Below, piece by piece: positions 8,523 to 17,734 of a DNA stretch of 33,942 nt; the stretch's first letter is position 1; every line of letters begins with the position of its first letter. The stretch is taken from positions 1 to 33,942 of the forward strand of contig CAYQRG010000001.1 in the NCBI GenBank assembly GCA_964419645.1. The letters run 5' to 3'. The stretch comes from an uncultured Eubacterium sp. (lineage in GTDB: Bacteria > Bacillota > Clostridia > Lachnospirales > Lachnospiraceae). The position numbers and the translations under genes were made by a program. The notes under the pieces were generated by a model, which did not search any database, was not told where the DNA came from, and worked only from the letters and a program-made list of their open reading frames with translations.

Positions 8523-9308
8523 ATGGTAAATTATAGCTTTTCCTTACTTACATTTGAATATTTTTTGTTGATTTTAGTACGAATATCCTGTTTTATTTAT
8601 GTTGCACCTTTTTATGGGATGCAGAATACGCCAGGGAGGGTTAAAATTGGATTGTCTCTTTTTCTCTCTCTGTTATTATTTCAGATAGTTCCTCGAACGG
8701 AGCTGGATTATACAGGGATTGTGGGATATTCCATTATCGTCGTGAAAGAGGGAATTACAGGATTGCTCATTGGATTTGCAGCAAACATTTGTAATTCCAT
8801 TATTTTATTAGCAGGAAATTTAATAGACATGAATATCGGTTTTGCTATGGCCACGGAATACAATCCCCAGATGCGTACCCAGGCCAGCGTTACTGGTAAT
8901 TTTTACAGTTATTTGGTTATGTTGCTTTTGATTGCAACGAATATGCATCACTATATATTACATGCGATTGCAGATACTTACCAGTTGATTCCGATAAATG
9001 GACAGGTGTTTCAGTGGGATCACCTCCTGCAGGGGATGATCACATATGCAGTGGATTTGTTTGTCATTGCTTTTCGGTCTATTCTTCCGGTATTTGCCTG
9101 TATTATGATTTTAAACTGTATTTTGGGCGTTATGGCAAAAGTATCTCCCCAGATGAATATGTTTGCAGTAGGTATGCAGCTTAAGGTATTGGTGGGATTG
9201 GTGATCATGTTTATAACGATTGGTTTATTTATCAATGTCTCGGATTTTATCTTTGATGAGATGAAACGGACTATGGTATCTATGATAAAAGGGATGTATG
9301 AAAGTTGA
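8523..9308 (+). CDS. fliR: Flagellar export gate protein FliR
   Basis: Polytopic membrane protein, AGNLIDMNIGF, KVSPQMNMFAVG. Confidence 0.95.
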   Translation: MVNYSFSLLTFEYFLLILVRISCFIYVAPFYGMQNTPGRVKIGLSLFLSLLLFQIVPRTELDYTGIVGYSIIVVKEGITGLLIGFAANICNSIILLAGNLIDMNIGFAMATEYNPQMRTQASVTGNFYSYLVMLLLIATNMHHYILHAIADTYQLIPINGQVFQWDHLLQGMITYAVDLFVIAFRSILPVFACIMILNCILGVMAKVSPQMNMFAVGMQLKVLVGLVIMFITIGLFINVSDFIFDEMKRTMVSMIKGMYES

Positions 9309-10432
9309 CAGAATGGAATAATAAAATGATTCCCTATCATCTGCAGTGGTTTGCCAAAGATGGGCCGGGAGGAGAAAAAACAGAAGAACCTACCTCAAAG
9401 AAATTAAGTGATGCCAGAAAAGAGGGAAAAGTTGCCAAAAGCAAGGAATTAAACAGTGCTTTTGACCTGATTGTTTTATTTTTGTTGCTGAAAATATTTA
9501 CTGGGAATATCTACAACGGATTTTTGAATGTTTTCCATTATACCTACGAGAGAATACCGGAATTTATCAGTAACAATGCAAAAGAGATCAACGGACATGG
9601 AATGTCTTTTTTCTTAAGGCCTGTTATTATAGAAATGTTTAAGTTGGTAGCGCCGTTTTTTCTATTTGGGCTGGTGGTTTGTGTGTTGGTCAGTATTATT
9701 CAAGTTGGCTGGAAAGTCACAACAAAACCGTTACAACCGAAATTTGACAAATTTAATCCCATCAATGGATTTAAACGTCTTTTTTCAAAAGATTCATTAT
9801 TTGAGTTGGCAAAATCCATTGTAAAATTATGTATCATTGCCTATGTGGCATATACATCTATCAAACAACATGATGATGAGCTATTTGTATTATATGATAT
9901 TCCCTTGATGCAGGCCATTATATTGTGCGGCCAGATCATAGTAGATACCGGATTTAAAATTGCACTGGTCTATGTGATTGTTGGTATTGCGGATTTGATT
10001 TATCAGAAACATAAATTTCATGAAGATATGAAAATGACCAAACAGGAAGTAAAGGATGAGTATAAGAATACAGAGGGAAGTCCGGAGGTAAAAAGCAAGC
10101 AGCGTCAGAGGATGCAGGAGGCGTCCAGGCGCAGGATGATGCAGGATGTTCCCAAGGCAGATGTTATTATTACGAACCCGACGCATCTTTCTGTGGCATT
10201 AAAATATGATTCCAATGAGGCCAAAGCACCGGTAGTTCTTGCAAAGGGAGAGGATTATCTGGCTCTTAAAATTCGTGAGGTGGCGAAAGAGAATCAAATT
10301 GAAATTGTGGAAAATAAGCCCCTTGCCCGTATGCTTTATGCAAATGTGGATATTGGAGAGGAAATTCCGCCGGAGCTTTACCAGGCAGTAGCAGAAGTTT
10401 TGGCGATGGTATATAATCTTAAGAATAACTAG
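9305..10432 (+). CDS. flhB: Flagellar export protein FlhB
   Basis: EKTEEPTSKK, MKMTKQEVKDEYK..EG.PEVK, intact NPTH autocleavage motif; start may be ATG 9326. Confidence 0.96.
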   Translation: MTEWNNKMIPYHLQWFAKDGPGGEKTEEPTSKKLSDARKEGKVAKSKELNSAFDLIVLFLLLKIFTGNIYNGFLNVFHYTYERIPEFISNNAKEINGHGMSFFLRPVIIEMFKLVAPFFLFGLVVCVLVSIIQVGWKVTTKPLQPKFDKFNPINGFKRLFSKDSLFELAKSIVKLCIIAYVAYTSIKQHDDELFVLYDIPLMQAIILCGQIIVDTGFKIALVYVIVGIADLIYQKHKFHEDMKMTKQEVKDEYKNTEGSPEVKSKQRQRMQEASRRRMMQDVPKADVIITNPTHLSVALKYDSNEAKAPVVLAKGEDYLALKIREVAKENQIEIVENKPLARMLYANVDIGEEIPPELYQAVAEVLAMVYNLKNN

Positions 10433-10443
10433 GAGGAAACAAG

Positions 10444-12477
10444 ATGAAAAAGGCAGATGTTGGTGTAGCTTTATATTTGCTTGCAGCAGTAATGTTTTTC
10501 ATTGTGCCGATTCCTTCTGCATTATTGGATGTCATGCTGGCAATTAATATCTCTATTGCGTTGATTGTCATGTTTAATGCATTGTTTGCGCAAGAAGTGT
10601 TGGATATGTCGTTTTTCCCGACATTATTGCTGTTTACTACAATATTTCGAATTTCATTGAATGTATCGTCTACCCGTTTGATCTTGACAACCGGTGATCC
10701 GGGAAACATAGTAGAAACATTTGGTTCTTTTGTGGGCGGCGGAGATCTCATTATCGGTGTAATCGTATTTATTGTTTTGATTATTATTCAGTTTGTTGTA
10801 ATCAACAAAGGTTCTGAACGTGTGGCAGAAGTAACGGCAAGATTTACTTTGGATGCAATGCCCGGTAAACAGATGGCGATTGATGCAGATTTGAATACAG
10901 GAACGATTACAGAAAAAGAAGCCAGGGAGCGCCGGGATAAAATTCAGGCAGAATCCGGATTTTTCGGTAACATGGATGGTGCGACCAAGTATGTAAAAGG
11001 AGATGCTACCGCAGGCCTGATCATTACATTTATTAACCTGATTGGCGGAACTGCCATGGGTATGATGCGCCAGGGAATGGAGTTTTCCGATGCAATCCAG
11101 CAATTCGGTGTACTTACCATTGGTGATGGACTCTGCAGCCAGATCCCGTCGCTGTTGATCTCTCTTGCTACCGGTATTCTTGTTACCAAAGCATCTAATG
11201 AAGCCGATGTCGGTTCTATTCTGGTCAAACAGCTTTTCGGTGTGCCGAAGGTACTTTATATTGTCGGAGCTACCATGTGTTTCCTGGGATTGACAACACC
11301 TTTTAAATGGTATTTGTTTATGGGACTTGGTGTGGCATTTCTTCTGGCAGGAAGAAGTATTTCCAAGAATATCGGAATTGAACAGATAGAAGAAGAAGTG
11401 ACTATGGAAGAGACAGAAGCAGAAGAAATCCGAAAACCGGAGAATGTGGTATCCTTATTGCAGGTGGATCCCATTGAGCTGGAATTTGGTTATGGTATTA
11501 TTCCTTTAGCAGATGTAAATCAGGGCGGAGATCTTTTGGATCGTGTCGTTATGATTCGGCGTCAGATTGCATTGGAGCTTGGAACAGTAGTGCCAATCAT
11601 TCGTCTGCGGGATAATATTCAGCTAAATCCGAATCAGTATATTATTAAAATCAAAGGAATACAGATCACAGAAGGAGAAATCCTTTTTGACCATTATATG
11701 GCAATGAATCCGGGCTATGTAGAGGAAGAAATTACAGGTATACCTACCTTTGAACCTTCCTTCCATCTGCCGGCTATCTGGATTACAGAGGGACAGAGAG
11801 AACGGGCGGAAAGCTTAGGGTATACGGTGGTAGATCCGCCATCCATCATTGCAACGCATCTGACAGAAATCGTGCGGATGCATATCGACGAACTTTTGAC
11901 AAGACAGGACGTTCAGAATTTGGTCAACAATTTGAAAGAGAGCAATCCGGTGCTGGTGGAAGAATTGGTGCCAAAACTTTTGGGACTTGGAGAAATCCAA
12001 AAGGTATTGCAGAATTTATTAAGAGAAGGAATTTCCATTCGAGATTTGCTTACGATATTTGAAACGTTGGCAGATCATGCAGCTACCACCAGGGACACAG
12101 ATGTTTTAACGGAATATGTCAGACAGAGTTTAAAACGAGCGATTTCAGGCAAATATTTTGCACCGAATGAAGTGACCAGTGTGATTACGCTGGACCCGAA
12201 AACAGAACAGGATATTATGTCTTCTATCAAACAGACAGAGCAGGGTGCATATCTGACATTGGACCCAGAACGCACAAAGGCCATTGTTGCATCTGTTGAG
12301 TCAGAGGTAGCAAAACTTGAGAATTTGGGCAAAAATGCTATTATAATTACATCTCCGATCGTACGGATGTATTTTAAAAAGCTTACATCGGATTATTTCA
12401 GAGATTTGATCGTAATATCATACAATGAAGTGGAATCCAATGTTGAATTACAGTCAGTTGGGATGGTGACAGGATAA
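10444..12477 (+). CDS. flhA: Flagellar export protein FlhA
   Basis: FHIPEP motif RVAEVTARFTLDAMPGKQMAIDADL, MDGATKYVKGDA. Confidence 0.97.
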   Translation: MKKADVGVALYLLAAVMFFIVPIPSALLDVMLAINISIALIVMFNALFAQEVLDMSFFPTLLLFTTIFRISLNVSSTRLILTTGDPGNIVETFGSFVGGGDLIIGVIVFIVLIIIQFVVINKGSERVAEVTARFTLDAMPGKQMAIDADLNTGTITEKEARERRDKIQAESGFFGNMDGATKYVKGDATAGLIITFINLIGGTAMGMMRQGMEFSDAIQQFGVLTIGDGLCSQIPSLLISLATGILVTKASNEADVGSILVKQLFGVPKVLYIVGATMCFLGLTTPFKWYLFMGLGVAFLLAGRSISKNIGIEQIEEEVTMEETEAEEIRKPENVVSLLQVDPIELEFGYGIIPLADVNQGGDLLDRVVMIRRQIALELGTVVPIIRLRDNIQLNPNQYIIKIKGIQITEGEILFDHYMAMNPGYVEEEITGIPTFEPSFHLPAIWITEGQRERAESLGYTVVDPPSIIATHLTEIVRMHIDELLTRQDVQNLVNNLKESNPVLVEELVPKLLGLGEIQKVLQNLLREGISIRDLLTIFETLADHAATTRDTDVLTEYVRQSLKRAISGKYFAPNEVTSVITLDPKTEQDIMSSIKQTEQGAYLTLDPERTKAIVASVESEVAKLENLGKNAIIITSPIVRMYFKKLTSDYFRDLIVISYNEVESNVELQSVGMVTG

Positions 12478-13778
12478 TGACAATTAAGAAGTTTCAGGGA
12501 AAGTCGAAAGACGAGGCGATTGCTAAGGCAAAGGCAGAACTTGGCGACGAGGCAGTTGTGATGAATGTCAAAGAGATCGCGCCAAAGGGATTCTTTAAGT
12601 CTTTTAAGCAATCTACATTTGAAGTGACGGCAGCCGTAGAAGAAAAAGAAAACAGAGTAGATACAGGAGTGGCTCTCAAAAATATGCAGAATATGCAGAA
12701 ACCGCATGAAACAATCAATGTGGCAGCAGATGAGCCGATACAGATTCCTTCGGCAGCGGCTCCTGCAGCCTCTGATCATGTTATGGATCAAAGTAAAGCA
12801 GAGCAAAGCGCGATTGAATTTTTGAAACGGAATGCCAGTCTTTTGAAAAAAGAAAATGGAGCAGATCAGCGGATTGAAGAAAAACTGGAAAATCTTCAGA
12901 GTATTCTGGAAAAGCAGCTGGCGGTGAATGGTCGAAAAGAGACGGAAGAAAAAGAACCAGCGAAACCAGAAACCAAAAAGAATGAAAACCTTTCTTTTAT
13001 AAAAGTGCTCTATGAAACACTGATTTCCAATGAAGTCAATGAAAAATACGTGAATCAGGTAATGGACGAACTGGAAAAAGTAAATTGGAATGGCAATAGT
13101 GTGGATTATATTCTATCCAATGTATATCAGAAAATTATTTTGAAATTTGGACAACCCAAAGGTATTGATCTGGTAGGGAAAAAGCCGAAAGTGGTTTTCT
13201 TTGTAGGTCCTACTGGTGTGGGAAAAACAACAACAGTAGCTAAGATTGCATCAAAGTTAAAGGTAGAGCAGGGAAAGAGAGTTGCTTTTTTGACAGCAGA
13301 TACTTACCGAATTGCTGCTGCGGAACAGCTTCGTACCTATGCAAATATACTAGATACTCCTTTGGTCATCATTTATTCAGCAGAAGAGTTGAATAACGGA
13401 ATTGAGCAATTGGAAAATTATGATGTAATTTTAGTAGATACAGCAGGATTTTCCCATAAGAATCAGGCACAGAAAGAAGATATTAAGAATCTGATTCGGA
13501 GTGTGGACTCACGCTATGATAGTGAAGTCTATCTGGTATTAAGCGCTACGACCAAGTACAAAGATTTAATGGAAATAGTAGATGTATACAAAGAAATTTC
13601 AGATTATAAAATTATTTTTACAAAATTAGATGAGACGACAACTTATGGAAATATTTTGAATGTCAAATTGTATTCAGAAGCAGAGGTTTCGTATATTACG
13701 AATGGACAAAATGTACCGGATGATATTGAATTATTTCATTCTCAAAAAATAGTCAAACGGTTGCTGGGAGGAAGTTAG
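12477..13778 (+). CDS. flhF: SRP-family GTPase FlhF
   Basis: GPTGVGKTTT, DTYRIAA, DTAG, TKLDET, NGQNVPDDI. Confidence 0.96.
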   Translation: MTIKKFQGKSKDEAIAKAKAELGDEAVVMNVKEIAPKGFFKSFKQSTFEVTAAVEEKENRVDTGVALKNMQNMQKPHETINVAADEPIQIPSAAAPAASDHVMDQSKAEQSAIEFLKRNASLLKKENGADQRIEEKLENLQSILEKQLAVNGRKETEEKEPAKPETKKNENLSFIKVLYETLISNEVNEKYVNQVMDELEKVNWNGNSVDYILSNVYQKIILKFGQPKGIDLVGKKPKVVFFVGPTGVGKTTTVAKIASKLKVEQGKRVAFLTADTYRIAAAEQLRTYANILDTPLVIIYSAEELNNGIEQLENYDVILVDTAGFSHKNQAQKEDIKNLIRSVDSRYDSEVYLVLSATTKYKDLMEIVDVYKEISDYKIIFTKLDETTTYGNILNVKLYSEAEVSYITNGQNVPDDIELFHSQKIVKRLLGGS

Positions 13779-13781
13779 CCT

Positions 13782-14663
13782 ATGGATCAGGCAGAACAGC
13801 TTAGAAATGTAATTAAGCAAAAAAGCAAGGAAGCGTCGCCGAAAAGCGCCAGAGTTGTTACGATTACCAGTGGAAAAGGTGGTGTCGGCAAGTCAAATAC
13901 AGCAGTTAATATGGCAATATGGCTCCGAAAGATGAATAAACGGGTTATTATTATTGATGCAGATCTGGGATTGGCAAATGTGGAAGTTATGTTTGGAACA
14001 GTTCCACGGTATAATCTGAGTGATCTGATTTACCGGGGCAGGAGTATGAGAGAGATTATTACCAAAGGACCTATGGATATTGGATTTATTTCCGGAGGAC
14101 TTGGAATTACTGGGCTGAATAATCTTTCTAAAGATCAAATCATGTATTTGGTGCATAGTCTGGCAGAATTAAATGACATGGCAGATGTGATCATTATTGA
14201 TACAGGAGCAGGTATTTCAGACAGTGTGTTGGAATTTGTACTGGCCAGCCCAGAAATTTTACTGATCAGTACGCCGGAACCGAGTTCTTTGACAGATGCA
14301 TATTCATTGTTGAAAGCAGTGTATCGAAATCCCATATTTTCAAAAGAAAAGACACATATTCAAGTAATTGCGAATAAAGTAAACAGTATCGAAGAAGGAG
14401 AAACAGTCTTTTCCAAATTGGATTCTGTGGTCACTCAGTTTTTAAAAGGAGAACTGGATTTGCTGGGGATGATTCCTCAGGATACGGAAGTGGAGAATGC
14501 AGTTCGCAGTCAGAAAATTGTCTCCTTAGAGAAACCAAATTCTGCAGCATCTAAAGCATATCAGGTGCTAACCAGTAATTATATTAACCATGAACATGAG
14601 GCAGTGAAAATACATAAAGGAATTACACAGCTAATTATTAATTTTCTGTCAAGAAGAATGTAA
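13782..14663 (+). CDS. flhG: MinD-like ATPase FlhG/FleN
   Basis: MDQAEQLR N-terminus, SGKGGVGKS, DADLGLAN, DTGAG. Confidence 0.93.
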   Translation: MDQAEQLRNVIKQKSKEASPKSARVVTITSGKGGVGKSNTAVNMAIWLRKMNKRVIIIDADLGLANVEVMFGTVPRYNLSDLIYRGRSMREIITKGPMDIGFISGGLGITGLNNLSKDQIMYLVHSLAELNDMADVIIIDTGAGISDSVLEFVLASPEILLISTPEPSSLTDAYSLLKAVYRNPIFSKEKTHIQVIANKVNSIEEGETVFSKLDSVVTQFLKGELDLLGMIPQDTEVENAVRSQKIVSLEKPNSAASKAYQVLTSNYINHEHEAVKIHKGITQLIINFLSRRM

Positions 14664-14700
14664 GAAGTTATTTTATTTCAAAGACGATATATGCTATAAT
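14663..14700 (+). promoter_or_regulatory. Putative internal promoter(s) upstream of cheA-like gene
   Basis: Extended -10 TGcTATAAT (14692-14700); also a loose sigma28-like AGAAGTTA-N12-GACGATAT (14663-14690). Confidence 0.4.
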
Positions 14701-14727
14701 AAGAGTTGTGAGGAGAGATACAGCAGA

Positions 14728-16221
14728 ATGGAGAAAGAGCATTATACAGGAGTTTTTCTTGAAAAAATAAAAGAGCAATTGCAGAACATCTGCAACTGTA
14801 TGATGATCTTAGACAGAGAGCCCAGGAATAAAAACAGCATACAGGAAGTCGGTTATTCTCTTCATCTGATCAAAGGCATGTCAGGTACAATGGGATATTT
14901 TAGGATTTGCCAGTTGACAGAAGATATGGAAGAAATTTTTTCCAAAGCGGCAGAAGGCAGAATGTTGATTACAGGGCGGTTTTTGGATCTTTTGAAAGAA
15001 TCTGTAGATGTCTTAAAAAGTTATACAGAAAATATCGAAGAGACCTCTTTGGAAGGAACCTATGATTATAAGATACTCAGGCAGGAATTAAAGCAGACAG
15101 CAGAAGTTTCAGCAGTTAAGATGCTGCCGGAGAAAAGGGTTCAAAGAAGGCAGTTTACACCAAAAGAAGAGAAGATAGATTTTATTGAAACAGAGGAAGA
15201 GGACAATAGAGAGTTTGTTTTGGTAGAACAGGAAGATTTAAAGAAACTGTGCGGACCAATCGGGGATTTGGTTATGGTGAAGAACCAGTTGGAACTGTTT
15301 TATGATTCCGCAGAATTTGTTCCCCAAAACAGAGTTTTTCTGGAACAGATTGAATATTTTAAACAGGCTTTGGCGAAACTGCAGGAATCTGAAGCGAAGA
15401 TTCGGCTAATTTCCTTGGAGGAGATCACCCGTTCCTTCCGAAAAAGAATTCGCCTTTTGGCAGCCAGTGAAAATAAGAGAATTGATCTGTATATGAGTGG
15501 CTTGGATACCCGACTGGATCGTCTTTTGGCAGATTTGACCAAAGAAATTCTTTGGTATTTGCTGGAATGTACTGCTCGATATGGAATGGATTCCATGGAG
15601 GTGCGGAGACGACAGGGTAAATCCTCCAAAGGTTCGATTTATCTCAATGCATTTTTGGAGAATGATGCAGTGATCATTCAGATTCATGACGACGGGAATG
15701 GAACAGACATTAGTGGTCAACTAGAAGAAGCCTGTGAGAAAAATCTGGATCAGATGCGACTTGACCTTGCGCATTTGGGCGGAGAGCTGGTTACCTCCTT
15801 TGTACCGTCAAAAGGCTCTAAATACAGGATAAAAGTACCTTTTCCGGGGATAACGTTTGAAGCTTTTGGGATGGATGTGCATGGAGAAATTTATGTGCTG
15901 GATATGAAATATGTACAGAGTGTAGAGGATCTTCCAAAGGCTGATCTTTTGGATGAAGAAGGGAATCAAATACCCTTGATTTATATAGATGAAAGACTGG
16001 ATATTCCGTCAAAACAGAAAGAAACGGAAAACAAAAAGGCTGTCATTGTAAAGAAAGGCAGCAAATGCGCCGGATTGGTTATAGATGCTCCAACCGGATA
16101 TCAGGAGGCCGTCATTAGACCTTTGGGCAGTTTTATCCCGAAAGATCCCTTGTTTTGCGGGGGAGTTATTTTAAAAGACAAAAGACCGGCATTGATTTTA
16201 GATATTAATATGTGGATATAA
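14728..16221 (+). CDS. cheA: Degenerate CheA-like protein (Hpt, dimerisation, eroded HATPase, CheW-like domain); probable pseudokinase
   Basis: Hpt SLH46LIKGMSGTMG, DDGNG G1 box and C-terminal GGVILKDKRPALILD retained; N-box reads YLLECTARYG; no F-box or G2 box; no room for P2; only 497 aa. Confidence 0.85.
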   Translation: MEKEHYTGVFLEKIKEQLQNICNCMMILDREPRNKNSIQEVGYSLHLIKGMSGTMGYFRICQLTEDMEEIFSKAAEGRMLITGRFLDLLKESVDVLKSYTENIEETSLEGTYDYKILRQELKQTAEVSAVKMLPEKRVQRRQFTPKEEKIDFIETEEEDNREFVLVEQEDLKKLCGPIGDLVMVKNQLELFYDSAEFVPQNRVFLEQIEYFKQALAKLQESEAKIRLISLEEITRSFRKRIRLLAASENKRIDLYMSGLDTRLDRLLADLTKEILWYLLECTARYGMDSMEVRRRQGKSSKGSIYLNAFLENDAVIIQIHDDGNGTDISGQLEEACEKNLDQMRLDLAHLGGELVTSFVPSKGSKYRIKVPFPGITFEAFGMDVHGEIYVLDMKYVQSVEDLPKADLLDEEGNQIPLIYIDERLDIPSKQKETENKKAVIVKKGSKCAGLVIDAPTGYQEAVIRPLGSFIPKDPLFCGGVILKDKRPALILDINMWI

Positions 16222-16225
16222 GGAG

Positions 16226-16618
16226 GTGCGAAAGCTGGAAAATATAGTTTCAGTTTATGGAAGTAATTCCAGACAGTTCCTTCTTGCAAGAATAGGAAAT
16301 AAACAGTATGGTTTTGATATCCAGGATGTTAATAACCTGATTAGGGTTGGGACAGTTGTAAGAGTTCCGAAAGCCGGACCTCACCTAAAAGGAATGATTA
16401 ACCTGCGAGGGGAGATCATAGCTGTAATGAGCGTTTTGCCTGATGCAGCGTTCTCAGAGGATTCCAGGATTGTAATTTTAAATGTAAGGGAATCTGAGAA
16501 GATTGGAATTCTTGTGGATCAGGTATATGATATAACAGAAGAAGAGGTAGAGTTGTTTGATATTCAGGCGCTGGCCTGTGATCAGAATATATTGGAACAG
16601 GAGGGAATGCATGGGTAA
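16226..16618 (+). CDS. cheW: CheW-like coupling protein, shortened
   Basis: RVPKAGPHLKGMINLRGEII, KIGILVDQV; C-terminal strands missing; the SD-spaced start is CTG at 16235. Confidence 0.82.
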   Translation: MRKLENIVSVYGSNSRQFLLARIGNKQYGFDIQDVNNLIRVGTVVRVPKAGPHLKGMINLRGEIIAVMSVLPDAAFSEDSRIVILNVRESEKIGILVDQVYDITEEEVELFDIQALACDQNILEQEGMHG

Positions 16619-17231
16619 TTTTACATTAGAAGAAGTGAACGACAGATATGTCGATGTATTACGGGAGATCGGAAATGTCGGCGCAGGAAATGCAACGACG
16701 GCAATTGCCTCTATGTTGGGCATAAAAATTGATATGAGTGTTCCTAAGGTAGAACTTTTAGAAGCAGCGAGACTGGGTTCTGCAATCTGCCCGGAAGAAG
16801 AGATTATTGTAGGTATTTTTCTGGAGGTACAGACAGATATCGAAGGCAGTATGATGTTTCTGATGAAAATGGATTCTGCCAGATTTCTGGTCAATAAACT
16901 GATGGGAAGAGATGTAGAGGATGAAAAGGACTTTGATGAAATGGATTTATCCGCATTAAAGGAAGTTGGCAATATTATTGCAGCCTCTTACCTGAATGCG
17001 TTATCTACGATGACGAACTTGGTCATTACACCGTCAATTCCGTATATAGCAGTAGATATGGCTGCATCAATTTTAAGCGTTCCGGCAATTCAGTTTGGAC
17101 AGTTTGGAGACAATGCGCTGCTTATCCAGACTGAGTTTGGAGATGATGTGATGATCAACGGTTATTTTATTTTAATGCCGGAGCAAGATTCTTACGAAAA
17201 AATACTAACAGCACTTGGACTTTCATTATAA
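16611..17231 (+). CDS. cheC: CheY-P phosphatase CheC
   Basis: DVLREIGNVGAGNA and SALKEVGNIIAASY motifs; RBS AGGAGG before ATG 16611. Confidence 0.94.
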   Translation: MGNFTLEEVNDRYVDVLREIGNVGAGNATTAIASMLGIKIDMSVPKVELLEAARLGSAICPEEEIIVGIFLEVQTDIEGSMMFLMKMDSARFLVNKLMGRDVEDEKDFDEMDLSALKEVGNIIAASYLNALSTMTNLVITPSIPYIAVDMAASILSVPAIQFGQFGDNALLIQTEFGDDVMINGYFILMPEQDSYEKILTALGLSL

Positions 17232-17244
17232 GGAGAGAGGAGAA

Positions 17245-17730
17245 ATGAGCAAAGTTATAAAAGTAGGGATGGCAGATCTGAATATATGTAAATCACCGGA
17301 TATTATTACAACAATAGGACTTGGTTCTTGCATAGGCCTGACTTTTTATGACCCAGTTGCAAAAATCGGCGGAATGGTACATTATATGCTGCCGGACAGT
17401 AAACAGATGAATAGTAGTGCAAATATAGCGAAATACGCAGATACAGGGATTGAAGCCCTTCTTCGCAAGGTTCTTATGGCAGGAGCAAACAGAGGGCGCC
17501 TTGTAGCTAAAATGGCGGGAGGAGCACAGATGTTCCAGGTGAGTGGGGCGTCTGCCGTCAGCAATATCGGAGATCGGAATGCGCTTGCAGCAAAAGCCAA
17601 ACTAAGAGAACTTGGAATTCGTCTGGTCGCACAAGACACAGGATTGAATTATGGACGTACGGTGGAACTGCATTGCGACACAGGAGACTTCTATGTAAAA
17701 GCAATTGGAAAACCGGTGAAAGTGATATAA
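17245..17730 (+). CDS. cheD: Chemoreceptor glutamine deamidase CheD
   Basis: TIGLGSCIG (catalytic Cys), GGMVHYMLP (His), KYADTG, AKMAGGAQMF, IGDRN. Confidence 0.96.
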   Translation: MSKVIKVGMADLNICKSPDIITTIGLGSCIGLTFYDPVAKIGGMVHYMLPDSKQMNSSANIAKYADTGIEALLRKVLMAGANRGRLVAKMAGGAQMFQVSGASAVSNIGDRNALAAKAKLRELGIRLVAQDTGLNYGRTVELHCDTGDFYVKAIGKPVKVI

Positions 17731-17734
17731 GAAT

